Positions 63,668 to 64,000 of a stretch of 64,000 nucleotides of DNA are shown here, one piece after another. The notes beneath the pieces are model-generated. The model searched no databases. It was given only the letters and a program-made list of their open reading frames with translations, and was not told where the DNA came from. This stretch comes from Marsupella aquatica (Eukaryota > Plantae > Marchantiophyta): the NCBI GenBank assembly GCA_973895155.1, contig OZ316898.1, positions 1,835,927 to 1,899,926 of the forward strand, written 5' to 3'. The first letter of the stretch is position 1, and the number at the start of each line of letters is the position of its first letter. A program made the position numbers and the translations under genes.

Positions 63668-64000
63668 GTACACACACTCTACGTGATGACAGTGAATTTT
63701 GGAAGAATGGGTTCACCTGACAATACAAGGACAACAAAATTCCTGCTTTTTGAGTTGATCTGGCCCACTGGTGCTCAGGTCCGATTTTGATAGGTACAAG
63801 GGATATGTGAACAATACGTACTAGGCACCTGCACGGATGCAGGACATTGTTTGAATATATACTACAAAATCCATATCCGTGGTGAAATGAAGTGCAACCA
63901 ACTTGTCATGGCACATACATATTTTGTTGTAAAGGAGGATACATTCAATGACAAACTTATAGGGCAATTTGATTAATTGCATGCCTGATAATTTATACGC

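Larger units (their letters stand above)
53931..64000 (-). mobile_element. CACTA (En/Spm) DNA transposon; the other end is presumably outside the window
   Basis: Terminus CACTAGAAGAATCC directly interrupts the integrase. Dense TGTGACT/GTCACA subterminal repeats at 53965-54285. TnpD and TnpA genes are present. Extension beyond ~62400 is inferred. Confidence 0.88.

Overview
Eukaryotic land-plant genomic DNA, probably from a non-seed plant such as a bryophyte or liverwort (inference). Three intact intron-containing host genes lie on the minus strand, each reconstructed by hand with GT-AG junctions and continuous frames. They are a 9-exon Agenet/Tudor (G2484-1/SWO1-like) gene (1897-11528), a 3-exon cinnamate 4-hydroxylase CYP73A (22970-25137) and a 7-exon 20S proteasome beta5 gene (46856-49516). 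The rest is nested transposable elements. A near-full-length CRE-like RT plus restriction-like-endonuclease non-LTR retrotransposon is split by a 4175-bp TG...CA insertion. That insertion has a 5-bp TSD, no internal direct repeats and an intact 617-aa ORF, so it looks like a protein-coding solo LTR. There are three further 5'-truncated CRE-like copies, MITEs, a copia solo LTR, and a decayed Ty1/copia inserted in a related LTR and then cut by a CACTA transposon that runs off the window. The CACTA region holds TnpD, a TnpA whose spliced N-terminal half is GW/WG- and RG-rich (AGO-hook-like), and an adjacent tandem-BRCT gene resembling the N-terminus of DNA polymerase lambda. The coding solo LTR and this CACTA accessory set are the best candidates for undescribed biology. 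All homologies come from motif recognition by eye; no database searches were run.
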